64,000 nt of DNA from Macrostomum hystrix (lineage: Eukaryota > Animalia > Platyhelminthes), in NCBI GenBank assembly GCA_950097015.1, contig CATNEN010000038.1, forward strand, positions 26,536,001 through 26,600,000, in the 5' to 3' direction. This document shows, piece by piece, positions 47,954 to 61,149 of the stretch. Within the stretch, counting starts at the first letter, position 1. Each line of letters starts with the position of its first letter. Both the position numbers and the translations under genes were made by a program. The notes beneath the pieces are model-generated. The model did not search any database. It saw only the letters and a list, made by a program, of their open reading frames with translations, and was not told the DNA's origin.

Positions 47954-48577
47954 CTGAGGCAGGCTGCACAGCACGGCGGTGATCAGGGAGGCAATCAACA
48001 ATAATCTAGCTCTTCTGCTTGCAGTCGTAATGCTAAACGGTCTGCTAATAGCCAGGTATCTGTCAATGGCTATGGATGTGACAATAAACGATGACAGGTA
48101 GAGCCCGAATGCCGACAGGACCCGATAGAGTTTGCACAATATCCTGCCGCCGTACCAGGTGTGCGTCGCCATAGTGATCATTTCCACTAGAGGCGTCAGT
48201 AACACAATTAGATCAGCTAAAGCCAGGTGCATAATGAAATGATTCACCTTGCTCCAACGACGCCTATTAGAATAGAGATTAGCGAAAACAGTCATGTTGC
48301 CGACTAGACCTATCAGGAAGATCAATAATAGACTGACGAATGCGCCAGTTTTGAATGGCAGGTATTCGATACGACAGTTCTGCGATTGGTTGACTTCGGC
48401 AACGGTGAATGTTAGCAATTGGCCAACATCAGACGGCTGAAATGTGTACTCCAACGACAGGTTGTGTCTTTCGAGATTGTCGCTTAGTTGGGTCCAGATT
48501 TCGTAACAGCGCGGCTCGCCAAAGTCCTCCGATTGGCTGGGTCGAAGGCTCTGCACCAGCGATAGACTGACGGTCAT
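47954..48577 (-). CDS. GnRH/AKH/vasopressin-type neuropeptide GPCR, exon 1 (N-terminus, TM1-4)
   Basis: GLVGN, HLALADL, WYGGRILCK, LYLSSF..IAIDRY, SLPQ|GTGAGC. Confidence 0.92.
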
Positions 48578-49512
48578 TGTCTACCTGGCTGTGTCTACCT
48601 GGCTGTGTCTACCTGGCTGTGTCTACCTGGCTGTGTCTACCTGGCTGTGTCTACCTGGCTGTGTCTACCTGGCTGTGTCTACCTGGCTGTGTCTACCTGG
48701 CTGTGTCTACCTGGCTGTGTCTACCTGGCTGTGTCTACCTGGCTGTGTCTACCTGGCTGTGTCTACCTGGCTGTGTCTACCTGGCTGTGTCTACCTGGCT
48801 GTGTCTACCTGGCTGTGTCTACCTGGCTGTGTCTACCTGGCTGTGTCTACCTGGCTGTCTCTACCTGGCTGTGTCTACCTGACTGTGTCTATCTGGCTGT
48901 GTCTACCTGGCTGTGTCTACCTGGCTGTGTCTACCTGGCTGTGTCTACCTGGCTGTGTCTACCTGGCTGTGTCTACCTGGCTGTGTCTACCTGGCTGTGT
49001 CTACCTGGCTGTGTCTAGTGTCTACCTGGCTGTGTCTACCTGGCTGTGTCTACCTGGCTGTGTCTACCTGGCTGTGTCTACCTGGCTGTGTCTACCTGGC
49101 CGTGTCTACCTGGCTGTGTCTACCTGGCTGTGTCTACCTGGCTGTGTCTACCTGACTGTGTCTACCTGGCTGTGTCTACCTGGCTGTGTCTAGTGTCTAC
49201 CTGGCTGTGTCTACCTGGCCGTGTCTACCTGGCTGTGTCTACCTGGCTGTGTCTACCTGGCTGTGTCTACCTGACTGTGTCTACCTGGCTGTGTCTACCT
49301 GGCTGTGTCTAGTGTCTACCTGGCTGTGTCTACCTGACTGTGTCTACCTGGCTGTGTCTAGTGTCTACCTGGCTGTGTCTACCTGGCTGTGTCTACCTGG
49401 CTGTGTCTAGTGTCTACCTGGCTGTGTCTAGTGTCTACCTGGCTGTGTCTACCTGGCTGTGTCTACCTGGCTGTGTCTAGTGTCTACCTGGCTGTGTCTA
49501 CCTGGCTGTGTC
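48578..49512. repeat. 14-bp satellite TGTCTACCTGGCTG abutting the GPCR ATG
   Basis: About 66 units. Confidence 0.95.
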
Positions 49513-50094
49513 GAATAGAACGTTGACAGTAAGCGCGCAATCTAAAGGGAATAATGCAGTGATTTTGTCAACCGAGTAATTTGTTCAAATATTTCCAGCA
49601 AACAAGAGTAGCAACACAATTTTGTGAATGCGAGAGAGATTCCCCACTTAATGATTACTAGACAAAGAAGATTGCTTTACTACATGTAGGTGTTCGTGTT
49701 CATTTGTTTCTTGTGCGAGTTACATTGTAAAAATCGATGAAACCTTCCCTAACAAAGGCTAAGACCTAGCTGTTCATATGAATGACTGCTCACTTGTTGC
49801 CTCCCTCAAAGCATGAACTGCCGTTAGTTTTGTCTAACAGAGCATGAATTCTCGTCTGAAAAAACTACCTACACGCATTCTCAAACACCTTTCGACAAGA
49901 GAGAGAAACAATTAACTTGATCAGTAGATCAGTGATCGTATACTTTTGTACTATTACGGCCCAGTCATGTATGCTATCTCCAGTCTACATCTTAACTCTA
50001 TGGCACTGTTTTAAATATCTGTTTTATTATACTTGAAATCCAAATTATGGAACTGCAAGGAAATAATAGAATATAATGCATTCGTACAGATTAT

Positions 50095-50487
50095 GATAGG
50101 ATAGGATGGAATGGAAGAGAATGGAATAGAATCTAATAGAATAGAATAGAACAGAATAGAACAGAATAGAACAGAATAGAATAGAATGGCATAGAATGGA
50201 ATAGAACAGGATAGAATGGAATAGAATGGAATGGAATATAATAGAATAGAATCTAATAGAATCTAATAGAATAGAATAGAACAGAATAGAACAGAATAGA
50301 ATAGAATGGCATAGAATAGAATAGAACAGAATAGAATAGAATGGCATAGAATGGAATAGAACAGAATAGAATAGAATGGCATAGAATGGAATATAATAGA
50401 ATTGAATAGAATAAAATAGAATTGAATGGAATATAATAGAATGGAATAGAATAGAATAGAATAGAATGGCATAGAATAGAATAGAAC
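50095..50487. repeat. (ATAGA)n-type pentanucleotide repeat
   Basis: Visible. Confidence 0.9.
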
Positions 50488-51329
50488 ATTGAAATCGATC
50501 AGAAATCGATCAGAATAAGTAAGGATATACATAGCGAGCTTCAAATTATGCCAACATTAAACCCCACATCCAAGCGATACATCCTCTTGTACTTTTCCAA
50601 AGTAAGAAACTATTAATGCATTTTCTAAATAGGCATCTAATTTCGCTAGCTCTGCTGGCCTCACCTGGCCATCAGGTCAGAAAATAAATACTTCCAGAAG
50701 CAACAAAAATATATATAGAATAAGGTCCAGACAGATTACTAAGCAGACAGACGGAAGACTATATGAGAACAGTCAATAACTGCAAGATAAATATAACATA
50801 TATTCTACAGCAGCTGGCAATTACATACTGGGCCACACACACCCCATTCGATCGTCAAAGCAAAATAGAAAAAGCATCGAATTGTATTTATAGCACCGAC
50901 GAAATGTACAACAGCTAGTTTCTAGGCCAAGCATTGCAGGAAACAGAGATCAAAGTGTCCCCGGTTACACAAAGAATGGCTATATATAAAGCCATTGCGC
51001 CTAGCAAGTAATTTCCGCTCCTCTACAAGAAGAAGAAGAAGATGAACACAATTTGCATTCTTCAATTAGGCAACTGACCAATCAAACTACACATCTTAAT
51101 AGAAATTCTATTAGCCATGTCTTCGACATATTTCTTCTGACAATTCTATTAGAATTGTAGATTGTTTTGAGATTCAATTTACTTTTTCAATTTTCTTTTC
51201 TTTGACAAAATTAAAAAATAATTAGCAATTATAGCTTCACGGTAAATAATTTGACGACTGGTTAAGAAAAAGTGCAAACTCTCTGTTTACCAAGAAAAGG
51301 ACTGCCTTATCAGAATAGATTGCAATAGA

Positions 51330-54300
51330 TCAGAATGGATTGCTAGTCGAGCCTCAGTGGATGAAGGATTAGAATGGATTGCTAGTCTAGCCTCAGTGGA
51401 TGAATGATTAGAATGGATTGCTAGTCTAGCCTCAGTGGATGAAGGATTAGAATGAATTGCTAGTCTAGCCTCAGTGGGTGAAGGATTAGAATGGATTGCT
51501 AGTCTAGCGTCAGTGGATGTAGGATTAGAATGGATTGCTAGTCTAGCCTCAGTGGATGAAGGATTAGAATGGATTGCTAGTCTAGCCTCAGTGGGTGAAG
51601 GATCAAATGGATTGCTAGTCTAGCCTCAGTGGATGAAGGATCAGAATGGATTGCTAGTCTAGCGTCAGTGGGTGAAGGATTAGAATGGATTGCTAGTCTA
51701 GCCTCAGTGGATGAAGGATTAGAATGGATTGCTAGTCTAGCCTCAGTGGATGAAGGATTAGAATGGATTGCTAGTCTAGCCTCAGTGGATGAAGGATCAG
51801 AATGGATTGCTAGTCTAGCCTCAGTGGGTGAAGGATTAGAATGGATTGCTAGTCTAGCCTCAGTGGATGAAGGATCAGAATGGATTGCTAGTCTAGCCTC
51901 AGTGGGTGAAGGATTAGAATGGATTGCTAGTCTAGCCTCAGTGGATGAAGGATTAGAATGGATTGCTAGTCTAGCCTCAGTGGATGAAGGATTAGAATGG
52001 ATTGCTAGTCTAGCCTCAGTGGATGAAGGATTAGAATGGATTGCTAGTCTAGCCTCAGTGGATGACGGATTAGAATGGATTGCTAGTCTAGCCTCAGTGC
52101 ATGAAGGATTAGAATGGATTGCTAGTCTAGCCTCAGTGGATGAAGGATTAGAATGGATTGCTAGTCTAGCCTCAGTGTATGAAGGATTAGAATGGATTGC
52201 TAGTCTAGCCTCAGTGGTTGAAGGATTAGAATGGATTGCTAGTCTAGCCTCAGTGCATGAAGGATTAGAATGGATTGCTAGTCTAGCCTCAGTGGATGAA
52301 GGATTAGAATGGATTGCTAGTCTAGCCTCAGTGGATGAAGGATTAGAATGGATTGCTAGTCTAGCCTCAGTGGGTGAAGGATCAGAATGGATTGCTACTC
52401 TAGCCTCAGTGGATGAAGGATTAGAATGGATTGCTAGTCTAGCCTCAGTGGGTGAAGGATTAGAATGGATTGCTAGTCTAGCCTCAGTGGATGAAGGATT
52501 AGAATGGATTGCTAGTCTAGCCTCAGTGGATGAAGGATTAGAATGGATTGCTAGTCTAGCCTCAGTGGGTGAAGGATTAGAATGGATTGCTAGTCTAGCC
52601 TCAGTGGATGAAGGATTAGAATGGATTGCTAGTCTAGCCTCAGTGGATGAAGGATTAGAATGGATTGCTAGTCTAGCCTCAGTGGGTGAAGGATTAGAAT
52701 GGATTGCTAGTCTAGCCTCAGTGGATGAAGGATTAGAATGGATTGCTAGTCTAGCGTCAGTGGATGTAGGATTAGAATGGATTGCTAGTCTAGCCTCAGT
52801 GGATGAAGGATTAGAATGGATTGCTAGTCTAGCGTCAGTGGATGTAGGATTAGAATGGATTGCTAGTCTAGCGTCAGTGGATGTAGGATTAGAATGGATT
52901 GCTAGTCTAGCCTCAGTGGATGAAGGATTAGAATGGATTGCTAGTCTAGCGTCAGTGGGTGAAGGATCAGAATGGATTGCTAGTCTAGCCTCAGTGGATG
53001 AAGGATCAGAATGGATTGCTAGTCTAGCCTCAGTGGATGAAGGATTAGAATGGATTGCTAGTCTAGCCTCAGTGGGTGAAGGATTATAATGGATTGCTAG
53101 TCTAGCCTCAGTGGATGAAGGATTAGAATAGATTGCTAGTCTAGCCTCAGTGGATGAAGGATTAGAATGGATTGCTAGTCTAGCCTCAGTGGGTGAAGGA
53201 TTAGAATGGATTGCTAGTCTAGCCTCAGTGGATGAAGGATTAGAATGGATTGCTAGTCTAGCCTCAGTGGATGAAGGATTAGAATGGATTGCTAGTCTAG
53301 CCTCAGTGGATGAAGGATTAGAATGGATTGCTAGTCTAGCCTCAGTGGATGAAGGATTAGAATGGATTGCTAGTCTAGCCTCAGTGGATGAAGGATTAGA
53401 ATGGATTGCTAGTCTAGCCTCAGTGGATGAAGGATTAGAATGGATTGCTAGTCTAGCCTCAGTGGATGAAGGATCAGAATGGATTGCTAGTCTAGCCTCA
53501 GTGGATGACGGATTAGAATGGATTGCTAGTCTAGCCTCAGTGCATGAAGGATTAGAATGGATTGCTAGTCTAGCCTCAGTGGATGAAGGATTAGAATGGA
53601 TTGCTAGTCTAGCCTCAGTGTATGAAGGATTAGAATGGATTGCTAGTCTAGCCTCAGTGGTTGAAGGATTAGAATGGATTGCTAGTCTAGCCTCAGTGCA
53701 TGAAGGATTAGAATGGATTGCTAGTCTAGCCTCAGTGGATGAAGGATTAGAATGGATTGCTAGTCTAGCCTCAGTGGATGAAGGATTAGAATGGATTGCT
53801 AGTCTAGCGTCAGTGGGTGAAGGATTAGAATGGATTGCTAGTCTAGCCTCAGTGGATGAAGGATTAGAATGAATTGCTAGTCTAGCCTCAGTGGATGAAG
53901 GATTAGAATGGATTGCTAGTCTAGCCTCAGTGGATGAAGGATTAGAATGGATTGCTAGTCTAGCCTCAGTGGATGAAGGATCAGAATGGATTGCTAGTCT
54001 AGCCTCAGTGGGTGAAGGATTAGAATGGATTGCTAGTCTAGCCTCAGTGGATGAAGGATCAGAATGGATTGCTAGTCTAGCCTCAGTGGGTGAAGGATTA
54101 GAATGGATTGCTAGTCTAGCCTCAGTGGATGAAGGATTAGAATGGATTGCTAGTCTAGCCTCAGTGGATGAAGGATTAGAATGGATTGCTAGTCTAGCCT
54201 CAGTGGATGTAGGATTAGAATGGATTGCTAGTCTAGCGTCAGTGGATGTAGGATTAGAATGGATTGCTAGTCTAGCCTCAGTGGATGAAGGATTAGAATG

Positions 54301-57300
54301 GATTGCTAGTCTAGCGTCAGTGGGTGAAGGATCAGAATGGATTGCTAGTCTAGCCTCAGTGGATGAAGGATCAGAATGGATTGCTAGTCTAGCCTCAGTG
54401 GATGACGGATCAGAATGGATTGCTAGTCTAGCGTCAGTGGGTGAAGGATCAGAATGGATTGCTAGTCTAGCCTCAGTGGATGAAGGATTAGAATGGATTG
54501 CTAGTCTAGCCTCAGTGGGTGAAGGATCAGAATGGATTGCTAGTCTAGCCTCAGTGTTTGAAAGATTAGAATGGATTGCTAGTCTAGCCTCAGTGGATGA
54601 CGGATTAGAATGGATTGCTAGTCTAGCCTCAGTGCATGAAGGATTAGAATGGATTGCTAGTCTAGCCTCAGTGGATGAAGGATTAGAATGGATTGCTAGT
54701 CTAGCCTCAGTGGATGAAGGATTAGAATGGATTGCTAGTCTAGCCTCAGTGGGTGAAGGATCAGAATGGATTGCTACTCTAGCCTCAGTGGATGAAGGAT
54801 CAGAATGGATTGCTAGTCTAGCCTCAGTGGATGACGGATTAGAATGGATTGCTAGTCTAGCCTCAGTGCATGAAGGATTAGAATGGATTGCTAGTCTAGC
54901 CTCAGTGGATGAAGGATTAGAATGGATTGCTAGTCTAGCCTCAGTGTATGAAGGATTAGAATGGATTGCTAGTCTAGCCTCAGTGGTTGAAGGATTAGAA
55001 TGGATTGCTAGTCTAGCCTCAGTGCATGAAGGATTAGAATGGATTGCTAGTCTAGCCTCAGTGGATGAAGGATTAGAATGGATTGCTAGTCTAGCGTCAG
55101 TGGATGTAGGATTAGAATGGATTGCTAGTCTAGCGTCAGTGGATGTAGGATTAGAATGGATTGCTAGTCTAGCCTCAGTGGATGAAGGATTGGAATGGAT
55201 TGCTAGTCTAGCGTCAGTGGGTGAAGGATCAGAATGGATTGCTAGTCTAGCCTCAGTGGATGAAGGATCAGAATGGATTGCTAGTCTAGCCTCAGTGGAT
55301 GAAGGATTAGAATGGATTGCTAGTCTAGCCTCAGTGGGTGAAGGATTAGAATGGATTGCTAGTCTAGCCTCAGTGGATGAAGGATTAGAATGGATTGCTA
55401 GTCTAGCCTCAGTGGATGAAGGATTAGAATGGATTGCTAGTCTAGCCTCAGTGGGTGAAGGATTAGAATGGATTGCTAGTCTAGCGTCAGTGGATGAAGG
55501 ATTAGAATGGATTGCTAGTCTAGCCTCAGTGGATGAAGGATTAGAATGGATTGCTAGTCTAGCCTCAGTGGATGAAGGATTAGAATGGATTGCTAGTCTA
55601 GCCTCAGTGGATGAAGGATCAGAATGGATTGCTAGTCTAGCCTCAGTGGATGAAGGATCAGAATGGATTGCTAGTCTAGCCTCAGTGGGTGAAGGATCAG
55701 AATGGATTGCTAGTCTAGCCTCAGTGGGTGAAGGATTAGAATGGATTGCTAGTCTAGCCTCAGTGGGTGAAGGATTAGAATGGATTGCTAGTCTAGCCTC
55801 AGTGGATGAAGGATTAGAATGGATTGCCAGTATAGCCTCATTGGATGAAGGATTAGAATGAATTGCTAGTCTAGCCTCAGTGGATGAAGGATTAGAATGA
55901 ATTGCTAGTCTAGCCTCAGTGGATGAAGGATCAGAATGAATTGCTAGTCTAGCCTCAGTGGATGAAGGATCAGAATGGATTGCTAGTCTAGCCTCAGTGG
56001 ATGAAGGATTAGAATGGATTGCTACTCTAGCCTCAGTGGATGAAGGATTAGAATGAATTGCTAGTCTAGCCTCAGTGGATGAAGGATTAGAATGAATTGC
56101 TAGTCTAGCCTCAGTGGATGACGGATTAGAATGGGTTGCTAGTCTAGCCTCAGTGGATGACGGATTAGAATGGGTTGCTAGTCTAGCCTCAGTGGGTGAA
56201 GGATTAGAATGGATTGCTAGTCTAGCCTCAGTGGATGAAGGATTAGAATGGATTGCTAGTCTAGCCTCAGTGGATGAAGGATCAGAATGGATTGCTAGTC
56301 TAGCCTCAGTGGATGACGGATTAGAATGGATTGCTAGTCTAGCCTCAGTGCATGAAGGATTAGAATGGATTGCTAGTCTAGCCTCAGTGGATGAAGGATT
56401 AGAATGGATTGCTAGTCTAGCCTCAGTGTATGAAGGATTAGAATGGATTGCTAGTCTAGCCTCAGTGGTTGAAGGATTAGAATGGATTGCTAGTCTAGCC
56501 TCAGTGCATGAAGGATTAGAATGGATTGCTAGTCTAGCCTCAGTGGATGAAGGATTAGAATGGATTGCTAGTCTAGCCTCAGTGGATGAAGGATTAGAAT
56601 GGATTGCTAGTCTAGCGTCAGTGGGTGAAGGATTAGAATGGATTGCTAGTCTAGCCTCAGTGGATGAAGGATTAGAATGAATTGCTAGTCTAGCCTCAGT
56701 GGATGAAGGATTAGAATGGATTGCTAGTCTAGCCTCAGTGGATGAAGGATTAGAATGGATTGCTAGTCTAGCCTCAGTGGATGAAGGATCAGAATGGATT
56801 GCTAGTCTAGCCTCAGTGGGTGAAGGATTAGAATGGATTGCTAGTCTAGCCTCAGTGGATGAAGGATCAGAATGGATTGCTAGTCTAGCCTCAGTGGGTG
56901 AAGGATTAGAATGGATTGCTAGTCTAGCCTCAGTGGATGAAGGATTAGAATGGATTGCTAGTCTAGCCTCAGTGGATGAAGGATTAGAATGGATTGCTAG
57001 TCTAGCCTCAGTGGATGTAGGATTAGAATGGATTGCTAGTCTAGCGTCAGTGGATGTAGGATTAGAATGGATTGCTAGTCTAGCCTCAGTGGATGAAGGA
57101 TTAGAATGGATTGCTAGTCTAGCGTCAGTGGGTGAAGGATCAGAATGGATTGCTAGTCTAGCCTCAGTGGATGAAGGATCAGAATGGATTGCTAGTCTAG
57201 CCTCAGTGGATGACGGATCAGAATGGATTGCTAGTCTAGCGTCAGTGGGTGAAGGATCAGAATGGATTGCTAGTCTAGCCTCAGTGGATGAAGGATCAGA

Positions 57301-59128
57301 ATGGATTGCTAGTCTAGCCTCAGTGGGTGAAGGATCAGAATGGATTGCTAGTCTAGCCTCAGTGTTTGAAAGATTAGAATGGATTGCTAGTCTAGCCTCA
57401 GTGGATGACGGATTAGAATGGATTGCTAGTCTAGCCTCAGTGCATGAAGGATTAGAATGGATTGCTAGTCTAGCCTCAGTGGATGAAGGATTAGAATGGA
57501 TTGCTAGTCTAGCCTCAGTGGATGAAGGATTAGAATGGATTGCTAGTCTAGCCTCAGTGGGTGAAGGATCAGAATGGATTGCTACTCTAGCCTCAGTGGA
57601 TGAAGGATCAGAATGGATTGCTAGTCTAGCCTCAGTGGATGACGGATTAGAATGGATTGCTAGTCTAGCCTCAGTGCATGAAGGATTAGAATGGATTGCT
57701 AGTCTAGCCTCAGTGGATGAAGGATTAGAATGGATTGCTAGTCTAGCCTCAGTGTATGAAGGATTAGAATGGATTGCTAGTCTAGCCTCAGTGGTTGAAG
57801 GATTAGAATGGATTGCTAGTCTAGCCTCAGTGCATGAAGGATTAGAATGGATTGCTAGTCTAGCCTCAGTGGATGAAGGATTAGAATGGATTGCTAGTCT
57901 AGCGTCAGTGGATGTAGGATTAGAATGGATTGCTAGTCTAGCGTCAGTGGATGTAGGATTAGAATGGATTGCTAGTCTAGCCTCAGTGGATGAAGGATTG
58001 GAATGGATTGCTAGTCTAGCGTCAGTGGGTGAAGGATCAGAATGGATTGCTAGTCTAGCCTCAGTGGATGAAGGATCAGAATGGATTGCTAGTCTAGCCT
58101 CAGTGGATGAAGGATTAGAATGGATTGCTAGTCTAGCCTCAGTGGGTGAAGGATTAGAATGGATTGCTAGTCTAGCCTCAGTGGATGAAGGATTAGAATG
58201 GATTGCTAGTCTAGCCTCAGTGGATGAAGGATTAGAATGGATTGCTAGTCTAGCCTCAGTGGGTGAAGGATTAGAATGGATTGCTAGTCTAGCGTCAGTG
58301 GATGAAGGATTAGAATGGATTGCTAGTCTAGCCTCAGTGGATGAAGGATTAGAATGGATTGCTAGTCTAGCCTCAGTGGATGAAGGATTAGAATGGATTG
58401 CTAGTCTAGCCTCAGTGGATGAAGGATCAGAATGGATTGCTAGTCTAGCCTCAGTGGATGAAGGATCAGAATGGATTGCTAGTCTAGCCTCAGTGGGTGA
58501 AGGATCAGAATGGATTGCTAGTCTAGCCTCAGTGGGTGAAGGATTAGAATGGATTGCTAGTCTAGCCTCAGTGGGTGAAGGATTAGAATGGATTGCTAGT
58601 CTAGCCTCAGTGGATGAAGGATTAGAATGGATTGCCAGTATAGCCTCATTGGATGAAGGATTAGAATGAATTGCTAGTCTAGCCTCAGTGGATGAAGGAT
58701 TAGAATGAATTGCTAGTCTAGCCTCAGTGGATGAAGGATCAGAATGAATTGCTAGTCTAGCCTCAGTGGATGAAGGATCAGAATGGATTGCTAGTCTAGC
58801 CTCAGTGGATGAAGGATTAGAATGGATTGCTACTCTAGCCTCAGTGGATGAAGGATTAGAATGAATTGCTAGTCTAGCCTCAGTGGATGAAGGATTAGAA
58901 TGAATTGCTAGTCTAGCCTCAGTGGATGACGGATTAGAATGGGTTGCTAGTCTAGCCTCAGTGGATGACGGATTAGAATGGGTTGCTAGTCTAGCCTCAG
59001 TGGATGACGGATTAGAATGGATTGCTAGTCTAGCCTCAGTGGATGACGGATTAGAATGGGTTGCTAGTCTAGCCTCAGTGGATGAAGGATTAGAATGGAT
59101 TGCTACTCCAGCTTCAGTGGGTTAAGGA
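51330..59128. repeat. 39-bp satellite, about 200 copies, with a 2808-bp higher-order duplication
   Basis: Variant patterns recur at offset 2808 = 72 x 39. Confidence 0.96.
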
Positions 59129-60089
59129 TAAGGGTTGAGATGAGACAATAAAAAATTAGACATATATCCAGTCTTAAAATGAGATTTTAGATTCCCAGCT
59201 TTCTAAATCCCGAGGTGTAACATCCCTAATGCTTTAGATGGACAGAAAAAGTGCGCGAATTCAAAAAAGCTTTCAGAGATGCACCATTCTTGTCAAACGA
59301 TTAAACAAAGTGGTGGCTATATAATCCAACAGATTTAATCCATTAAATCTGGTACACCAAGCCACATCAAAATTCGTTCACAGGTACTTATATGAAAGTG
59401 CAAGACTTGTAAATGAAATTTCGACAGAATTTTTTGTCCATTGTAGAACGTAGAACTTGTCAATCAATTAATTCTAATCGGCAATTTATATTGAAATCCA
59501 ATGTACTTACCAATCGCTTTGTTCCTGCAAAGTCTGGCAGACGAATTGTCTGGCGCCAAATAAGCCTTTCATGTTCTGCACTCGGCAAATTTTCAATCAG
59601 GGGGCAAGCGAATTCCAAGATATTTAGCCTGACAAAGAGCGTTAGCTGCTCGACTCTTCTGATTGGCTGGGAATCTGCCAACCAATAGGAGAGTTGCATC
59701 TGTTTTAATCAGAGAAGTCCAACTGGCAGATGATGGTGTTGTTCTATACGAAGTCAAGACGCTAAATCTATTTTTTTCAATAATCAAATTAACTGTTGGG
59801 CATCAGTCCATCTGGTCGTTCTTAGTAACAGATACTGTCTCCCTTCTTTCAGTAAGGCTTTCTAGAAACAGAAGCTTGAAGTATCGTGTTCAAAAGTTCG
59901 ACTTGGATTTTGAGAACTTTTATAACTTCTTCCTGTCTGTCAAATCGACAGGAGCGACATTTTTTATTTTGAGTGTTTTCTTTTTAATTGTGTTTCATCG
60001 TCTAACTTACCATGATGTGTAACAATTAACTAAAACTGTGTCTTCAGTGTATTATTGTTTAATATTGTTTAATAATTGTTCACCATTGT

Positions 60090-60541
60090 GTAACAGGTGA
60101 GCTCCATTGTGTAACAGGCGAGCTCCATTGTCTAACAGGTGAGCTCTGAATGTCTAACAGGTGAGCTCTGAATGTCTAACAGGTGAGCTCTTAATGTCTA
60201 ACAGGTGAGCTCTGAATGTCTAGCAGGTGAGCTCTGAATGTCTAACAGGTGAGCTCTGAATGTCTAACAGGTGAGCTCTGAATGTCTAACAGGTGAGCTC
60301 TGAATGTCTAACAGGTGAGCTCTGAATGTCTAACAGGTGAGCTCTGAATGTCTAACAGGTGAGCTCTGAATGTCTAACAGGTGAGCTCTGAATGTCTAAC
60401 AGGTGAGCTCTGAATGTCTAACAGGTGAGCTCTGAATGTCTAACAGGTGAGCTCTGAATGTCTGACAGGTGAGCTCTGAATGTCTAATAGGTGAGCTCTG
60501 AATGTCTAATAGGTGAGCTCTGAATGTCTAACAGGTGAGCT
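60090..60541. repeat. 22-bp minisatellite AACAGGTGAGCTCTGAATGTCT, about 20 copies
   Basis: Tandem units. Confidence 0.92.
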
Positions 60542-61149
60542 TCATATTGCAAAGTATTAGACTAACATCCAAAATTAGATTCAGAGTCAGAGTCAGACTT
60601 CAGAGTCAAAACCCGAGCCTATTATTTTCCTAACCTGAATAACGTTTTCTTCCTGAATGTTGTTTGCTCTCTGTCGAAGCATGCGTGACACAACAATACG
60701 CGTAACGATCTTACACTATAATAGCGATTTTGGCAATATTTTCGGGCAATAGTTAAAAGTGCAGAAGAGTGGAGTTTGGCGTTGGACAAAAGAATTTAGT
60801 AGTTAATTTATACCGGCAAGAGCATAATTGAAAGAGGTTTATAATTAAGGACTACGCCAAAGCTCTAAAATAAGGTGACCTCGAGGATAATAGGATAAGT
60901 TTGTTTACTATTACCACGCTTTCATTCTTTTTGGTCATCACCCGTTCAGTTAATATTATAATTGTGGATATATTGGCTGATAAGGGATAATGCAAGCTGT
61001 TCAATGAGAAACATTAAAATGTACTATTAGTTGAAGGCCACTCACAATAGACTTGATCACATGACGCTCATGACGCTATTAATCTACGAAATTCAGGACC
61101 TCAGCATTTCATTTCCAATCAGAATAAACTGACGAAAAGTTTCTGCGAA

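Noticed and set aside
51629-59125. Long DEGLEWIASLASV ORFs (also 18826-20937, 45472-47896, 48577-49410 and similar)
   Set aside because: Translations of satellites, with sporadic stops and mostly non-ATG starts
517-60541. Helical (10.5-bp) periodicity or transcript-strand bias of repeat units
   Set aside because: Unit lengths (14, 16, 17, 24, 34, 37, 39 and others) and purine skew are inconsistent
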